Shown here piece after piece: positions 47,609 to 56,725 of a stretch of 64,000 nucleotides of DNA. The notes below the pieces were generated by a model. It searched no databases, was not told the origin of the DNA, and saw only the letters and a program-made list of their open reading frames with translations. The position numbers and the translations under genes were made by a program. The stretch is from a virus: the IMG/VR virus record IMGVR_UViG_3300050821_018050, positions 1 through 64,000 of that record, one strand, 5' to 3'. Within the stretch, counting starts at the first letter, position 1. Each line of letters begins with the position of its first letter.

Positions 47609-47843
47609 GTTTCCAATAAATAGATTTTAGCTTAAAAATTTCAAAACGATCTAATTCGAAATATTCGTCATATTGTTCGATTCTAGCTTCCAATTTAAGT
47701 CTCTTTTTAAGAGACAGCCTCTCAAGTTGGTAATTTACTATTTTATCACATGCAAAGTAAAGTTGCTCGTAGGGGTCATTAGGGGAACTATTTTCCATTT
47801 TAGCTAAAAATGAATGAACCCTTAACAACAGCTCGGTGATCAT
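47589..47843 (-). CDS. Hypothetical protein
   Basis: 84 aa, ATGA-coupled to the CYTH gene. Confidence 0.6.
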   Translation of the reverse strand: MITELLLRVHSFLAKMENSSPNDPYEQLYFACDKIVNYQLERLSLKKRLKLEARIEQYDEYFELDRFEIFKLKSIYWKHDGETF

Positions 47844-48382
47844 TTTCTGCCCTTTACAAATAGTTGATAAATAGATTTTTTTTCATGATGAAGATCAATA
47901 GCTTTCTTAAGTTTTTTTGTGATGCGCTCGACCTTTTTAATGTCCCTAGCTTCTATTTCTAAGAAAATACGGTGATCTCCCTGGACTTTATAAATACTTA
48001 CATTGGTGTCTTTTTTATCTAAGAAAAATACACTGTACCTTTTACGAACAGATCTTGCTGGTAACCCAAAAAATTGAGTACATATTGCTATCGCCTGGGC
48101 TGGGTCTTTAACGTCAACATCAATCTCTACTCTATTAGTAGTACTACCCTTATCACTATGTTTTACCGTCATTTGGGCTTCACCATGTGGCATCATTCTA
48201 ACTCTAGCAAAATCCGCTTTAATTGACTTAGGGGTATTAAAATAAATATCAGTTGAATCACCGTGAATGATTTTTTTAATTAATTTTCGAAGACAGCATT
48301 TCACTGTTTTAGCAGTAGCGTCGTATCTCCAGCCATTTTTAATTTCAAATTTTTTTTCAATTTCTCGATTACGATAACCCAT
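47840..48382 (-). CDS. CYTH (triphosphate tunnel metalloenzyme) domain protein
   Basis: EIEKKF, DIYF, ARVR, TVK, RVEI, RKRY, FLEIE. Confidence 0.85.
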   Translation of the reverse strand: MGYRNREIEKKFEIKNGWRYDATAKTVKCCLRKLIKKIIHGDSTDIYFNTPKSIKADFARVRMMPHGEAQMTVKHSDKGSTTNRVEIDVDVKDPAQAIAICTQFFGLPARSVRKRYSVFFLDKKDTNVSIYKVQGDHRIFLEIEARDIKKVERITKKLKKAIDLHHEKKSIYQLFVKGRK

Positions 48383-48394
48383 CTTTTTCCTTAA

Positions 48395-48781
48395 TTACTC
48401 GTTTTGATCAACTCCGATAGTGATTTTCTCGCCTTCTGCTGAAATCAGAGTCCGTCGTTTAATGCAATTTCTATTTCTAGTATTTGCTTGGCCAGAAATT
48501 AGAGTACAATTATCAGGTGAATAATGCCCGTTAACATTTTTTCTTTCAAGTTGAAGTTTTTTACTATTTTCAATAAAAAATGAAATATCTATATTTAGTC
48601 TATTTATTTCTCTTAAAAGCCAAAATCTAAAACTTTCTATATCCTTAATCCATTCAGAGCAAACCCTAATACCACGTTCTCCATAATTTTTATATGATCT
48701 ATCGCTCGTTCTATAGCATCTGCCCATCATGCCGTCATATTTTTTGCCGCTTACTGAAATGAAATCTTTCTTTTTATTCAT
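48395..48781 (-). CDS. HNH-type homing endonuclease-like protein
   Basis: M..RCY....SYKNYGERGIRVC.EW...F, LERKNVNGHYSPDNC...N.RN. Confidence 0.85.
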   Translation of the reverse strand: MNKKKDFISVSGKKYDGMMGRCYRTSDRSYKNYGERGIRVCSEWIKDIESFRFWLLREINRLNIDISFFIENSKKLQLERKNVNGHYSPDNCTLISGQANTRNRNCIKRRTLISAEGEKITIGVDQNE

Positions 48782-48788
48782 AAACTTT

Positions 48789-49262
48789 CTACTGAGTAAT
48801 AACGCAATTCGCTTTGATAGTAAAAGTACAACTTGCGTTTACCCCATCACTGCTATAGGTGCCCGGTGGTAACTCAGCTAGGAATCCTCCGTTTAAGCTA
48901 TAAACTCCCCAGATATTACCGTTAATACAAATACCACTTTCTGCAAAAGTGTTCGGATAAGATTGGGTAAAGCCATTACAAAATTGCACTGGCGTAATAA
49001 CAGTACCAGGCGTACCTTGGCTTCCATTTGATCCAGGATTGCCATTTAAAACTACTGAAGAAGTTCCATCAGAGCAAGTGATTAGAGAACCTCCATTAGA
49101 AGCTACAGGGGAGCCAACCGCTAAGGTAGCAACACTACAGCCACTGCCGGATACTCCCGCAGGCCCGGCAGCGCCAACGTCACCTTTTGGCCCTTTTCCA
49201 CATGCAGATAGAGTTAAACTGAAGCAAAGTAATACCGGTAACATTTTCAAATATAATTTCAT
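48789..49262 (-). CDS. Collagen-like lipoprotein
   Basis: Signal peptide with lipobox LSAC, GxxGxx repeats, Cys-rich C-domain; TTGACA-N17-TACACT promoter and SD AAGGAG. Confidence 0.8.
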   Translation of the reverse strand: MKLYLKMLPVLLCFSLTLSACGKGPKGDVGAAGPAGVSGSGCSVATLAVGSPVASNGGSLITCSDGTSSVVLNGNPGSNGSQGTPGTVITPVQFCNGFTQSYPNTFAESGICINGNIWGVYSLNGGFLAELPPGTYSSDGVNASCTFTIKANCVITQ

Positions 49263-49314
49263 TAGGTCTCCTTACTTATAGTGTACTTTCTTTATAGGGA
49301 TATGTCAATATAAA

Positions 49315-49884
49315 TTATGTAAGACTGTAAGGTGGCGCAAATTTTAAATCAAACTCATTTATCACTCTTAAAAATACTTGATCAGCGCTCAAGACAGCCG
49401 TATCAAGCACTAGATCAAATTGGCCCTCAATTGAATCTAAATCAATTTCAGAAGGATGATTGGTATTGTTACGCCACCCATCGGTACGACCTGCTCGCAC
49501 TTGTTCGTCAGCCTTTAATCGAATACGTAAAGCATTAGGAAATGCATGAAATTCATTTTGAAAACGACAATCGTCAATAATGACAACTCCGCTATTAAAA
49601 CTATTAACTACATTTTGGGCAATTTTGACCCAAATATCATCTCCATACGTTTTACGCCCAAAATCGGTCCCAAGCCATTGTAGCAATGAGCCGTCTTTTT
49701 CTGGAGCGTCGATTCCTCTAGCCCGAAGCAAATCTCTGATATTATTGTGCATAGCATAAAGCGTATCCGCGAATTTAACTTGATTTGATGGTATATTTTT
49801 GGATTTAAACCATTTTGCCAATTCTTTTGACAGTGTTGTTTTCCCAGACCCTTGTTTACCCGAAATAATTATAGTTTGAACCAT
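49315..49884 (-). CDS. Deoxynucleoside monophosphate kinase
   Basis: SGKQGSGKTT, FAD.L, LQWLGTD.GR, IIDDCRFQNE, HPSE. Confidence 0.9.
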   Translation of the reverse strand: MVQTIIISGKQGSGKTTLSKELAKWFKSKNIPSNQVKFADTLYAMHNNIRDLLRARGIDAPEKDGSLLQWLGTDFGRKTYGDDIWVKIAQNVVNSFNSGVVIIDDCRFQNEFHAFPNALRIRLKADEQVRAGRTDGWRNNTNHPSEIDLDSIEGQFDLVLDTAVLSADQVFLRVINEFDLKFAPPYSLT

Positions 49885-50008
49885 ATGTGTCTCCCTTGAT
49901 ATCGTTTATTTTTAAAAATACCCGGTAATTCAACAAATATCAACCACGAGTTGTTAACGTGTTTAAGTATATATAATTGCTTATCTATTAAATCGAACAT
50001 GACCCATT

Positions 50009-50018
50009 CCTAATATTT
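50009..50018 (+). promoter_or_regulatory. Putative late promoter element CCTAATATTT
   Basis: Recurrent motif upstream of the fibre gene. Confidence 0.75.
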
Positions 50019-50037
50019 ATGTCAGGAGAAATACACA

Positions 50038-52611
50038 ATGGCATTTAGTTCATTACTTATTACAAAAGAAACACCAGATCGTTCTAATGAACTTTTGAAA
50101 AATGAAACGGATTCAGGCACCTTCTTTAGAAGTGTTACTACTTATTCTGATCCGAGTACCACTTACGCCAAAAACGTTAGTGCTGGATACGTAAAAATCG
50201 TAGAATCTGATTTAGATTTTATTACTGCGACTGGACTTACCCCATTAACTACATGGGCATGGCAATTAGACAGTTCAAGTCAAACATTTAATGGATCAGA
50301 CAATAAAATTACTTTAGTTTATAAAATTGCATTAAACGGTGGACATTTTATTTATCGCACCATAACGGAATATCGCGATACCAGCAGTAATTTGATCAAA
50401 AACGCCGATGAATCAATTAAAAGTTCATATCCATCTGGCGGAGGTGGCGGCGCAGTTGCGTCTGTTTTCGGTCGCACAGGTGCAGTATCCGCTCAAACAG
50501 GAGACTATACAGCTACACAAATAGGTCTCGGCAATGTAAATAACACTTCAGACGTTAATAAGCCCGTTAGCACGGCCCAAGCGGCAGCAGACGCCGCAGT
50601 ACAAGCGTATGCGATACAACGTGCAAATCAAACAGGTACACAAACCTCTTCTACCATTTCAGATTTTACTCCAGCAGCGTTGGCTGCCGCAGAAACTGCT
50701 TTAGGAACTGCAAACGGTTTTGCATCTTTGGATGGATCTGGCAAGTTAACCTCTTCTCAAATTCCTGCGTCGGTTATAGGTGCTTTGAGTTACAAAGGCA
50801 CATTAGACGCTTCAGTCGGATCGTATCCAGCATCCCCAGCAAAAGGTGATTATTATGTAATTAATGTGGCTGGTACAATCGTTGGACACGTGTATAATAT
50901 TGGCGATTGGGCAGCTTATGATGGGACTCAGTGGGATTACATTGACAATACCCAAAATGTAGTCTCGGTTGCCGGTAAGACAGGAATTGTTACTTTAGCT
51001 CCATCTGATGTATCTTTAGGTAATGTAAATAATACTTCAGATGTTAATAAACCGGTTAGTACCGCACAAGCTGCAGCAGATGCTGCGGTTGAAGCATTTT
51101 CTATTCAACGTGCTAATCATACAGGATCGCAAACTGCTTCTACGATTTCCGATTTTAGTACAGCTGTAGCATCTACCGCAGCACTTAAAGCTAATAATCT
51201 TTCTGATCTAGCTAGCGCATCTACAGCTAGGACTAATTTAGGCTTAGGCACAGCCGCTACTCAACCAACCTCTGCCTTTGATGCTTCTGGAGCTGCTGCA
51301 GCAGCACAAGCTGCAAGCGATCCTTCTGGTAGCGCAGCAGCCGTATTAGCCTCTTCTTTACAGAAATCTTCTAATTTATCTGATTTGGCCAGCGCTTCTA
51401 CAGCTAGGACTAATTTAGGGTTAGCCGCTGTAGCTGCGACAGGAGCATATTCAAGTTTATCAGGAACTCCTTCTGCATTACCGCCAAACGGAGCAGCCGG
51501 TGGATCTTTAGCAGGAACTTATCCTAATCCATCTATTGCTGCGACTGCAGTCACCGCAGGTACATATGCAGCTGCAACCATTACTGTAGGTGCAGATGGT
51601 CGTATTACCGCAGCATCTGCCAGTGGAGCTTCTACACTGCCCACTTATCAAGCTAGCTTTAATAGCGAGTATAATGTTTTAACGAGTTATGCCGGTGGAT
51701 CGAGCGACGGATCTCTAGCAAAACCATACACCACCGTTCAAGCAGCAATTAATGCTGCGATCACTAATGGCGGTGTGAATAATGTTGTTTTGATGCACGA
51801 CTCTTCGACTGAAAATCTTACAATCAATAATTCTACGGCTGGCCTTTTAATTACAGCAGCCGTCTCGAATACTGTGGATAGTCAGCGAATTGCTTTAAAT
51901 GGTAATATTACCATTAGCGGAACCAGTACGCGAGTAAAAATCAAAGACATTAATGTGTTATTCCCAGGCGGAACCTCCCCGGATCTAATTGATACTTCGA
52001 CTGGCGGTAGACATTATTATGCTAATGTAGGATTCCAAGGCGGCGGAGGTATTCAATTTAGCGGTTCATGGGCGAGATGGCATGAGTTTACGGATTGCAC
52101 CATTTCAGGTGCAATTAGTATTGCAGGAACTCCGGCAGCTAATTCTTCTATTAGTTGCTGGCGTGTGCGAGGTGGTGGAAACTATACTGTAAATGCCACG
52201 AATGCAACATTAAATTTATATGACAGTTTTTCAGTCGGAAATATTACGCAAACAGCGGGTGTTTTAATTATGGACGGAGGTCGTAACTTTGTTGCGGGAT
52301 CTTCCATTACTTCTACTACCAATGGGGCTGGCGATTTAATGGGCATCAGTAATGTTAATTTTGAAACAGGTGCAGGAACATATTACATCATCAATAAAAC
52401 CGGTACTTCTCCATATATTCTATCTAACGTTCTTCGTAATCAAACTAGTGATACTTTAACTGGAACGAGAGTAAATTACGGATCTTCGGCTACTGATTTC
52501 AGATATGTTCCTGCTAACTCTGGTAATTGGTCAGGTACTGCCCCAGCAAATATTGCTAGCGCTATTGATCGTATTGCTGCAGTTGTAGGTAATCCTACCC
52601 CTATTCCTTAA
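50038..52611 (+). CDS. Tail fibre/appendage protein
   Basis: VASVFGRTGAV, two LGNVNNTSDVNKPVSTA, two NLSDLASASTARTNLGL, GTYPNP, DGS..KPY.TVQAAI plus beta-helix C-terminus. Confidence 0.8.
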   Translation: MAFSSLLITKETPDRSNELLKNETDSGTFFRSVTTYSDPSTTYAKNVSAGYVKIVESDLDFITATGLTPLTTWAWQLDSSSQTFNGSDNKITLVYKIALNGGHFIYRTITEYRDTSSNLIKNADESIKSSYPSGGGGGAVASVFGRTGAVSAQTGDYTATQIGLGNVNNTSDVNKPVSTAQAAADAAVQAYAIQRANQTGTQTSSTISDFTPAALAAAETALGTANGFASLDGSGKLTSSQIPASVIGALSYKGTLDASVGSYPASPAKGDYYVINVAGTIVGHVYNIGDWAAYDGTQWDYIDNTQNVVSVAGKTGIVTLAPSDVSLGNVNNTSDVNKPVSTAQAAADAAVEAFSIQRANHTGSQTASTISDFSTAVASTAALKANNLSDLASASTARTNLGLGTAATQPTSAFDASGAAAAAQAASDPSGSAAAVLASSLQKSSNLSDLASASTARTNLGLAAVAATGAYSSLSGTPSALPPNGAAGGSLAGTYPNPSIAATAVTAGTYAAATITVGADGRITAASASGASTLPTYQASFNSEYNVLTSYAGGSSDGSLAKPYTTVQAAINAAITNGGVNNVVLMHDSSTENLTINNSTAGLLITAAVSNTVDSQRIALNGNITISGTSTRVKIKDINVLFPGGTSPDLIDTSTGGRHYYANVGFQGGGGIQFSGSWARWHEFTDCTISGAISIAGTPAANSSISCWRVRGGGNYTVNATNATLNLYDSFSVGNITQTAGVLIMDGGRNFVAGSSITSTTNGAGDLMGISNVNFETGAGTYYIINKTGTSPYILSNVLRNQTSDTLTGTRVNYGSSATDFRYVPANSGNWSGTAPANIASAIDRIAAVVGNPTPIP
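50527..51156 (+). repeat. Duplicated ~47-aa fibre module (about 50527-50667 and 51016-51156)
   Basis: Near-identical peptides differing mainly at synonymous positions. Confidence 0.8.
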
Positions 52612-52818
52612 TTAACCCTTACGGGCTTTAAATAAGGAATTTACAATCGCTTCCCAGCTTACGAACCATTCTTTAGATGGGACGCTTTTTTTAGAAAGCA
52701 GAATCTCATCTTCAAATTGGAAACGAACGCCTTCTTGTGTAGGGACTGCACCTAAGATCTTAATATCTTTTTTTGCTTGTGGTTTTTTTGCGGCTAGAAG
52801 TGGTTTCGATTTTTGCAT
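52612..52818 (-). CDS. Hypothetical protein
   Basis: 68 aa, SD GGAG. Confidence 0.6.
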   Translation of the reverse strand: MQKSKPLLAAKKPQAKKDIKILGAVPTQEGVRFQFEDEILLSKKSVPSKEWFVSWEAIVNSLFKARKG

Positions 52819-53215
52819 TGAGTGACTCCAATTGTTTTTGGGCTCGTAAAAAAGCCTGTTGTGTTTTGAACAGTTTAGTTAAAACGATAGATGGAATTTC
52901 GTCAACGTCGTTATGAAAAGAAATCGTTCCTTCAGAATCAATGGTCCCATAAATTGGGCCAATATCGAAATCTAATGAATCAATAGACAAAGGTTGCCCA
53001 TCGATAAACTCTTTTCCAAATTGATATGACTTTTTATCTTCTCTAATGTTAAATGTGCCATCTCGGAAAACGTGATTTACAGTAACTTTTTTGCCAGCAA
53101 AACGATCCATATCATCAATAAAATTTGGACCAACATCTCGCGCAAAACGTAATACAGACAATGGTTTCAACTTTACGGTCAGACCTTCTTTTAATACTAA
53201 TTTCTTAACTGCCAT
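52760..53215 (-). CDS. Hypothetical protein (SH3-like N-domain)
   Basis: Start likely MAVKK with SD AGGAG; beta-rich GKKVTV...F.I.ED. Confidence 0.6.
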   Translation of the reverse strand: MAVKKLVLKEGLTVKLKPLSVLRFARDVGPNFIDDMDRFAGKKVTVNHVFRDGTFNIREDKKSYQFGKEFIDGQPLSIDSLDFDIGPIYGTIDSEGTISFHNDVDEIPSIVLTKLFKTQQAFLRAQKQLESLNAKIETTSSRKKTTSKKRY

Positions 53216-53225
53216 TTGATTTCTC

Positions 53226-54056
53226 CTAGTGATGAGCAATTGCGAATAATCGCGTAGGTTGCTCGGGGTTTAAATAATACAATTTATATACATCAATCAT
53301 TCCATTTGGATAAGTCTTCATCAAACGCCATACCCAAATTTTATACATTAGTGCCCAAAACCAGTTTCTCTTTTTCAGCGGAAACCATATTACGTAAGCG
53401 AGCGTGCGAGCATCTGTATTAGATGGGTCCGCAAACATCCCGATCATCTGCCCGACAAGGAGACCCACCCACCGAAGTGGAGTAGTAAGCCCTCCGGCAG
53501 CGAAATCCTTAAGGGCCAATAACCCAGGACTTCGACCAAACCAGCTATAAAAGCAAAATTTAGTCGGATCGCTTACGTTAAAACAGAATCTTGCTTTGCC
53601 TAAACCGATAATCCTTGCAAGTAGAAGAGTTTGTTGAGACTCTGTTACTTGTCCTGCATCTGGATATGAGGTATCGGCTTCAGTAAGATTAGATTTGGAA
53701 TTAAAAGAATTCATACCTTCGGCGAAAAGATCTTCCACGCCTAAGTTTAAATCTTTAATAATCATTTCGAATGCAAGACGAGCTGTTGTGTTATCCATTG
53801 AATCATATTCAGTGGATCCCGGTGAACGTCGTTGCAATCCTGGCTGAACTGTAAGGATTTTGAAAATGTCAACCAATGCCTTAGCCCGAGCTTTTGCATC
53901 TTCTAAAAATGCAGCCTGAGATAATCCATTGATAAGATGCTCGACAGAATATAGCACACCATCTTGAGACTGTTGACCGGGTTGAAGGGTCGTTAATCCA
54001 GTCTCATCAGTAAATGCCATAGATTGAGCATCAAACGGGGTTCTTTGGTCGCCCAT
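53226..54056 (-). CDS. Hypothetical protein
   Basis: 276 aa, SD AAGGA; no motif recognised. Confidence 0.75.
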   Translation of the reverse strand: MGDQRTPFDAQSMAFTDETGLTTLQPGQQSQDGVLYSVEHLINGLSQAAFLEDAKARAKALVDIFKILTVQPGLQRRSPGSTEYDSMDNTTARLAFEMIIKDLNLGVEDLFAEGMNSFNSKSNLTEADTSYPDAGQVTESQQTLLLARIIGLGKARFCFNVSDPTKFCFYSWFGRSPGLLALKDFAAGGLTTPLRWVGLLVGQMIGMFADPSNTDARTLAYVIWFPLKKRNWFWALMYKIWVWRLMKTYPNGMIDVYKLYYLNPEQPTRLFAIAHH

Positions 54057-54228
54057 TGGCTTTCCTTTCAGATCTTTTAATGCGAAATTGTTCTAACTCA
54101 ATATCACTTCTGGCCGCTTGGGAAAGGAATAAATCTCTTAATTTACCACTCGATAGAGCAGCTTCTTTTAGACTAATTCTAATCAAAACCTTACGATGAC
54201 GAATTTCTTGAGATAGGAGTCGCATCAA
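54031..54228 (-). CDS. Hypothetical protein
   Basis: 65 aa in the minus-strand operon. Confidence 0.5.
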   Translation of the reverse strand: MMRLLSQEIRHRKVLIRISLKEAALSSGKLRDLFLSQAARSDIELEQFRIKRSERKANGRPKNPV

Positions 54229-54231
54229 TGA

Positions 54232-54573
54232 TTATCCTTCGGTAGGTTTTTCGTTTTGAGCTTTAGTGAGTAATGCTTTTTGACGAGCTAGCATTACTGC
54301 AGCGTCAGCATTAGGATTTTTGGTTGCAGCACTAGAAAGAACGTCATCTTCGCCGTAGCCTGCGATTGCGATTAACATCGTATGGGGTGTAGCTTCGTCG
54401 AGCGCAGCACAGAAAGTTTGCGCAGCTTCTTGAGCATCGCGAATTTCTACTTTATTCCCACGGTCTTCGTAATTTTTACGAGCAGCCGCAGATAACACGG
54501 TTACATCCATATCTTCAGTTTTTGAGGTGCCATCGTCTTGTTTAGTGGTCATGCTTACTTTTTTAATTTCCAT
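54232..54573 (-). CDS. Hypothetical protein
   Basis: 113 aa, SD GGAG. Confidence 0.7.
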   Translation of the reverse strand: MEIKKVSMTTKQDDGTSKTEDMDVTVLSAAARKNYEDRGNKVEIRDAQEAAQTFCAALDEATPHTMLIAIAGYGEDDVLSSAATKNPNADAAVMLARQKALLTKAQNEKPTEG

Positions 54574-54743
54574 TGTACTTCTACTCCGTTTTTGTTTAAG
54601 TATGATTCGAGCCCAGCGAGGATACAGAAAGTCTGTATACTTTTCTCGTTGTTGCAGTCAAATCTACCTTGTTGCATAAAGGCAGTGTGGGCAAATGTTT
54701 TGATCTCTTGAATTGCCTTATCATCGATCTCAACTTTATCCAT
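54555..54743 (-). CDS. Hypothetical protein
   Basis: 62 aa, SD AAGGAG immediately after the tRNA-like CCA. Confidence 0.7.
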   Translation of the reverse strand: MDKVEIDDKAIQEIKTFAHTAFMQQGRFDCNNEKSIQTFCILAGLESYLNKNGVEVQWKLKK

Positions 54744-54759
54744 GCTGCTCCTTAAATTC

Positions 54760-54854
54760 TGGTGTCAAAGTGTGGATTGGAACCACATTACCGAGTTTAT
54801 CTCGGACTAAGAATTAGCAAAACCCTCGCAGAGTTCACACCTCTGTGCTTTGAC
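54760..54854 (-). tRNA. Non-canonical tRNA-like RNA, 95 nt, long variable arm, 9-nt anticodon loop (Ser-GCT-like, ambiguous)
   Basis: Acceptor GTCAAAG/CTTTGAC plus ACCA; D arm CAGAG/CTCTG; anticodon stem GAGGG/TTCTT with loop TTTTGCTAA; variable arm CCGAG/CTCGG; T arm TGTGG-TTCCAAT-CCACA. Confidence 0.8.
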
Positions 54855-54860
54855 ATAACC

Positions 54861-54889
54861 AGGATAACACGACTCATCTAATCTGTCAA
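54861..54889 (-). promoter_or_regulatory. sigma70-type promoter for the tRNA-like RNA operon
   Basis: TTGACA-N17 (ending TGT)-TATCCT; 6 nt before G1 of the RNA. Confidence 0.75.
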
Positions 54890-54963
54890 ACATATTTTTT
54901 ATCTAAAATACCCAAAATATATCATGTGAAATATCAATAGGTTAACTCAAGGGTAACTAAATA

Positions 54964-54973
54964 CCTAATATCT
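54964..54973 (+). promoter_or_regulatory. Variant late promoter element CCTAATATCT
   Basis: One mismatch; upstream of the membrane-protein pair. Confidence 0.6.
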
Positions 54974-55000
54974 TAGTATAATTATTTTTAAGGGGATGGC

Positions 55001-55450
55001 TTGGATCACAAATCGGGTAATACAAAAAATAACGGCGCTGCGCCTCAACCCGACATGAGCGGTATTGAGAAAGATGTCTTACATATTCGCGAATTGATGG
55101 ATGTCAAGTTCGAAGCCAATAGAGCCACATTAGAAAAGAATACAGCGGACATTTCTCAGATGAGTTTAATTTTAGGGGAAAACGTTCGCCAACTCGGGAT
55201 CCATATTCAAGGAGTAAAAGAGCTTAAAGAAATGAATGGATTGATGCGAGAAGAAATCAGTTTATTTAGAAATCAGGTTGCAGCAGAAGTAAACGAAATA
55301 AACTCAAGAATGACTAAAGTAGAAGTTCCGTTCGTTTGGTTTAGAACAACAGCTTCTTTTGCAGAAAAAACTCTCTCAATAGTTAAAATCATCATCCTTA
55401 TAGCAATAGGTTTTGGTGCAGACAAAATACTCTCTAAGTTTTTGGAGTAG
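55001..55450 (+). CDS. Coiled-coil protein with C-terminal TM helix (possible lysis accessory)
   Basis: Heptads followed by LSIVKIIILIAIGFGA. Confidence 0.55.
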   Translation: MDHKSGNTKNNGAAPQPDMSGIEKDVLHIRELMDVKFEANRATLEKNTADISQMSLILGENVRQLGIHIQGVKELKEMNGLMREEISLFRNQVAAEVNEINSRMTKVEVPFVWFRTTASFAEKTLSIVKIIILIAIGFGADKILSKFLE

Positions 55451-55453
55451 CAA

Positions 55454-55831
55454 ATGTTAGAAAAATTAAATAAAATTTATAAATACCTTACCGAAAAAGG
55501 TATTCCGATGCCATTGGGCTATGATCCGGTATCTAAAAAACCATCTATTACGATCACCTTTGCCCATTTTACTTTTACTATTGCTGTTTTTGCTGTTTTC
55601 AGATATTTAAACAACATGTGTAATATTATGCAAGTTTTGGTTTGCATCATGTTTTGGTCAATGTCTACTGTATTTTATCTTATTCGTCAGATAAATAAAG
55701 CTAAATTCAATTTACAGCAACAAAGTTTTGAATTTGAGGGCGGGGATGGTAATCAAAATAATAACAAAAGAAGCTATGAGCCTCAGTATGCGCCAATGGC
55801 CTCTATAAAGGCAGACGACCCCGACGCTTAG
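55454..55831 (+). CDS. Two-TM membrane protein, holin-like
   Basis: DP.S.KPSITITF..., two hydrophobic helices, late context. Confidence 0.5.
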   Translation: MLEKLNKIYKYLTEKGIPMPLGYDPVSKKPSITITFAHFTFTIAVFAVFRYLNNMCNIMQVLVCIMFWSMSTVFYLIRQINKAKFNLQQQSFEFEGGDGNQNNNKRSYEPQYAPMASIKADDPDA

Positions 55832-56240
55832 GCTTAATCGTAGCTTTTGGAGCTGGACTCGGTTTGTCTCCTGGGAATTCTTTTACTGATTTCAAAGAAG
55901 CTCTTTCAATAACATCGATAAGAAGTACTTGCTGCATTTCTCTTAATCGAAATTCATTTTCGCTTACATTATAAAGAGCCACATTGATAAAATTGCCCTC
56001 TTTATAGGCTCCCATCATCATGATGCCTTTTTCGAAAAGTTCTTTTGGAGCCCTAAATTGGAAAGTCATACTATTTTCGTCATCTGGGTGCATAAGCTCT
56101 AATTTAAATGGTAAATACAAAGAGGTGAGACCACTTTTAAGGCGCATGTCTGGGAAATCTCCTGAAGTAACTTTTAGTGCGATGGTCCCACCTTCTTGAA
56201 TGGGGGCGTTAACTTGGCTTTTAATAATATATTGTCTCAT
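55803..56240 (-). CDS. dUTPase-fold-like protein lacking catalytic motifs
   Basis: Spacing of L.SG....LP..L.L / F.FRA...L..KG / I.VALYN.S...F.L.....V echoes trimeric dUTPase; leaderless ATG 56240 is 6 nt after TATTAT. Confidence 0.5.
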   Translation of the reverse strand: MRQYIIKSQVNAPIQEGGTIALKVTSGDFPDMRLKSGLTSLYLPFKLELMHPDDENSMTFQFRAPKELFEKGIMMMGAYKEGNFINVALYNVSENEFRLREMQQVLLIDVIERASLKSVKEFPGDKPSPAPKATIKPKRRGRLPL

Positions 56241-56338
56241 GGTCTTATAATACCACAAAAAACATTTTAAGCAACCGCCGATGAGAATCTATGGTAATAT
56301 TCGAGAGTGAGTATAAAGCAAAGGAACAGAGGTAATTA

Positions 56339-56725
56339 ATGGATACAATAAAGACAATCGAACTAGTAACAACCGGCCAAGATACAGGTCACCCATATTC
56401 TGGCAATTTTGAAGTCAAAACCGTTCTTTCAAGACGGGATCGTTTCGCTGCAGATCAAAAACGTAGAGAAGTGCTAGGGCCAGGAGGAGACTCAGCCCTA
56501 CCAACATTACAAGGCGAAGCCTTTATGATTGGTCAATTATGGGTGCGAGTGGTAAAAGCGCCAGATTGGTGGTCTAATGCCAATTGTGGCTTAGATTTAA
56601 AAGACGAGAACGTTACGCCAGAGCTTTTTGAACTTGCTTTAAAAGCAGAGTCTGATGCCGTAAAAGAGCTGCAATCTAAAGCGAAGTCGTCTCTGGAAAA
56701 ACTTAGCGAAAATAAGCTCCCCTAA
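56339..56725 (+). CDS. Tail assembly chaperone
   Basis: Y.G.F..K, L.V.V.KAPDWW; upstream of tape measure; GGTAATATTC variant motif at 56293. Confidence 0.65.
   Translation: MDTIKTIELVTTGQDTGHPYSGNFEVKTVLSRRDRFAADQKRREVLGPGGDSALPTLQGEAFMIGQLWVRVVKAPDWWSNANCGLDLKDENVTPELFELALKAESDAVKELQSKAKSSLEKLSENKLP

Noticed and set aside
49869-50000. 43-aa minus-strand ORF upstream of the dNMP kinase
   Set aside because: Only a weak SD and no clear promoter or motif; cannot be supported
50527-51425. Direct repeats in the fibre gene as a DGR template/variable repeat pair
   Set aside because: Both copies are in-frame coding modules differing mainly at synonymous positions, not adenine-specific; no reverse transcriptase in the window
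54797-54856. 19-codon ORF (MSKHRGV...) over the tRNA-like RNA
   Set aside because: The ATG begins upstream of the predicted TSS, and the cloverleaf explains the sequence better
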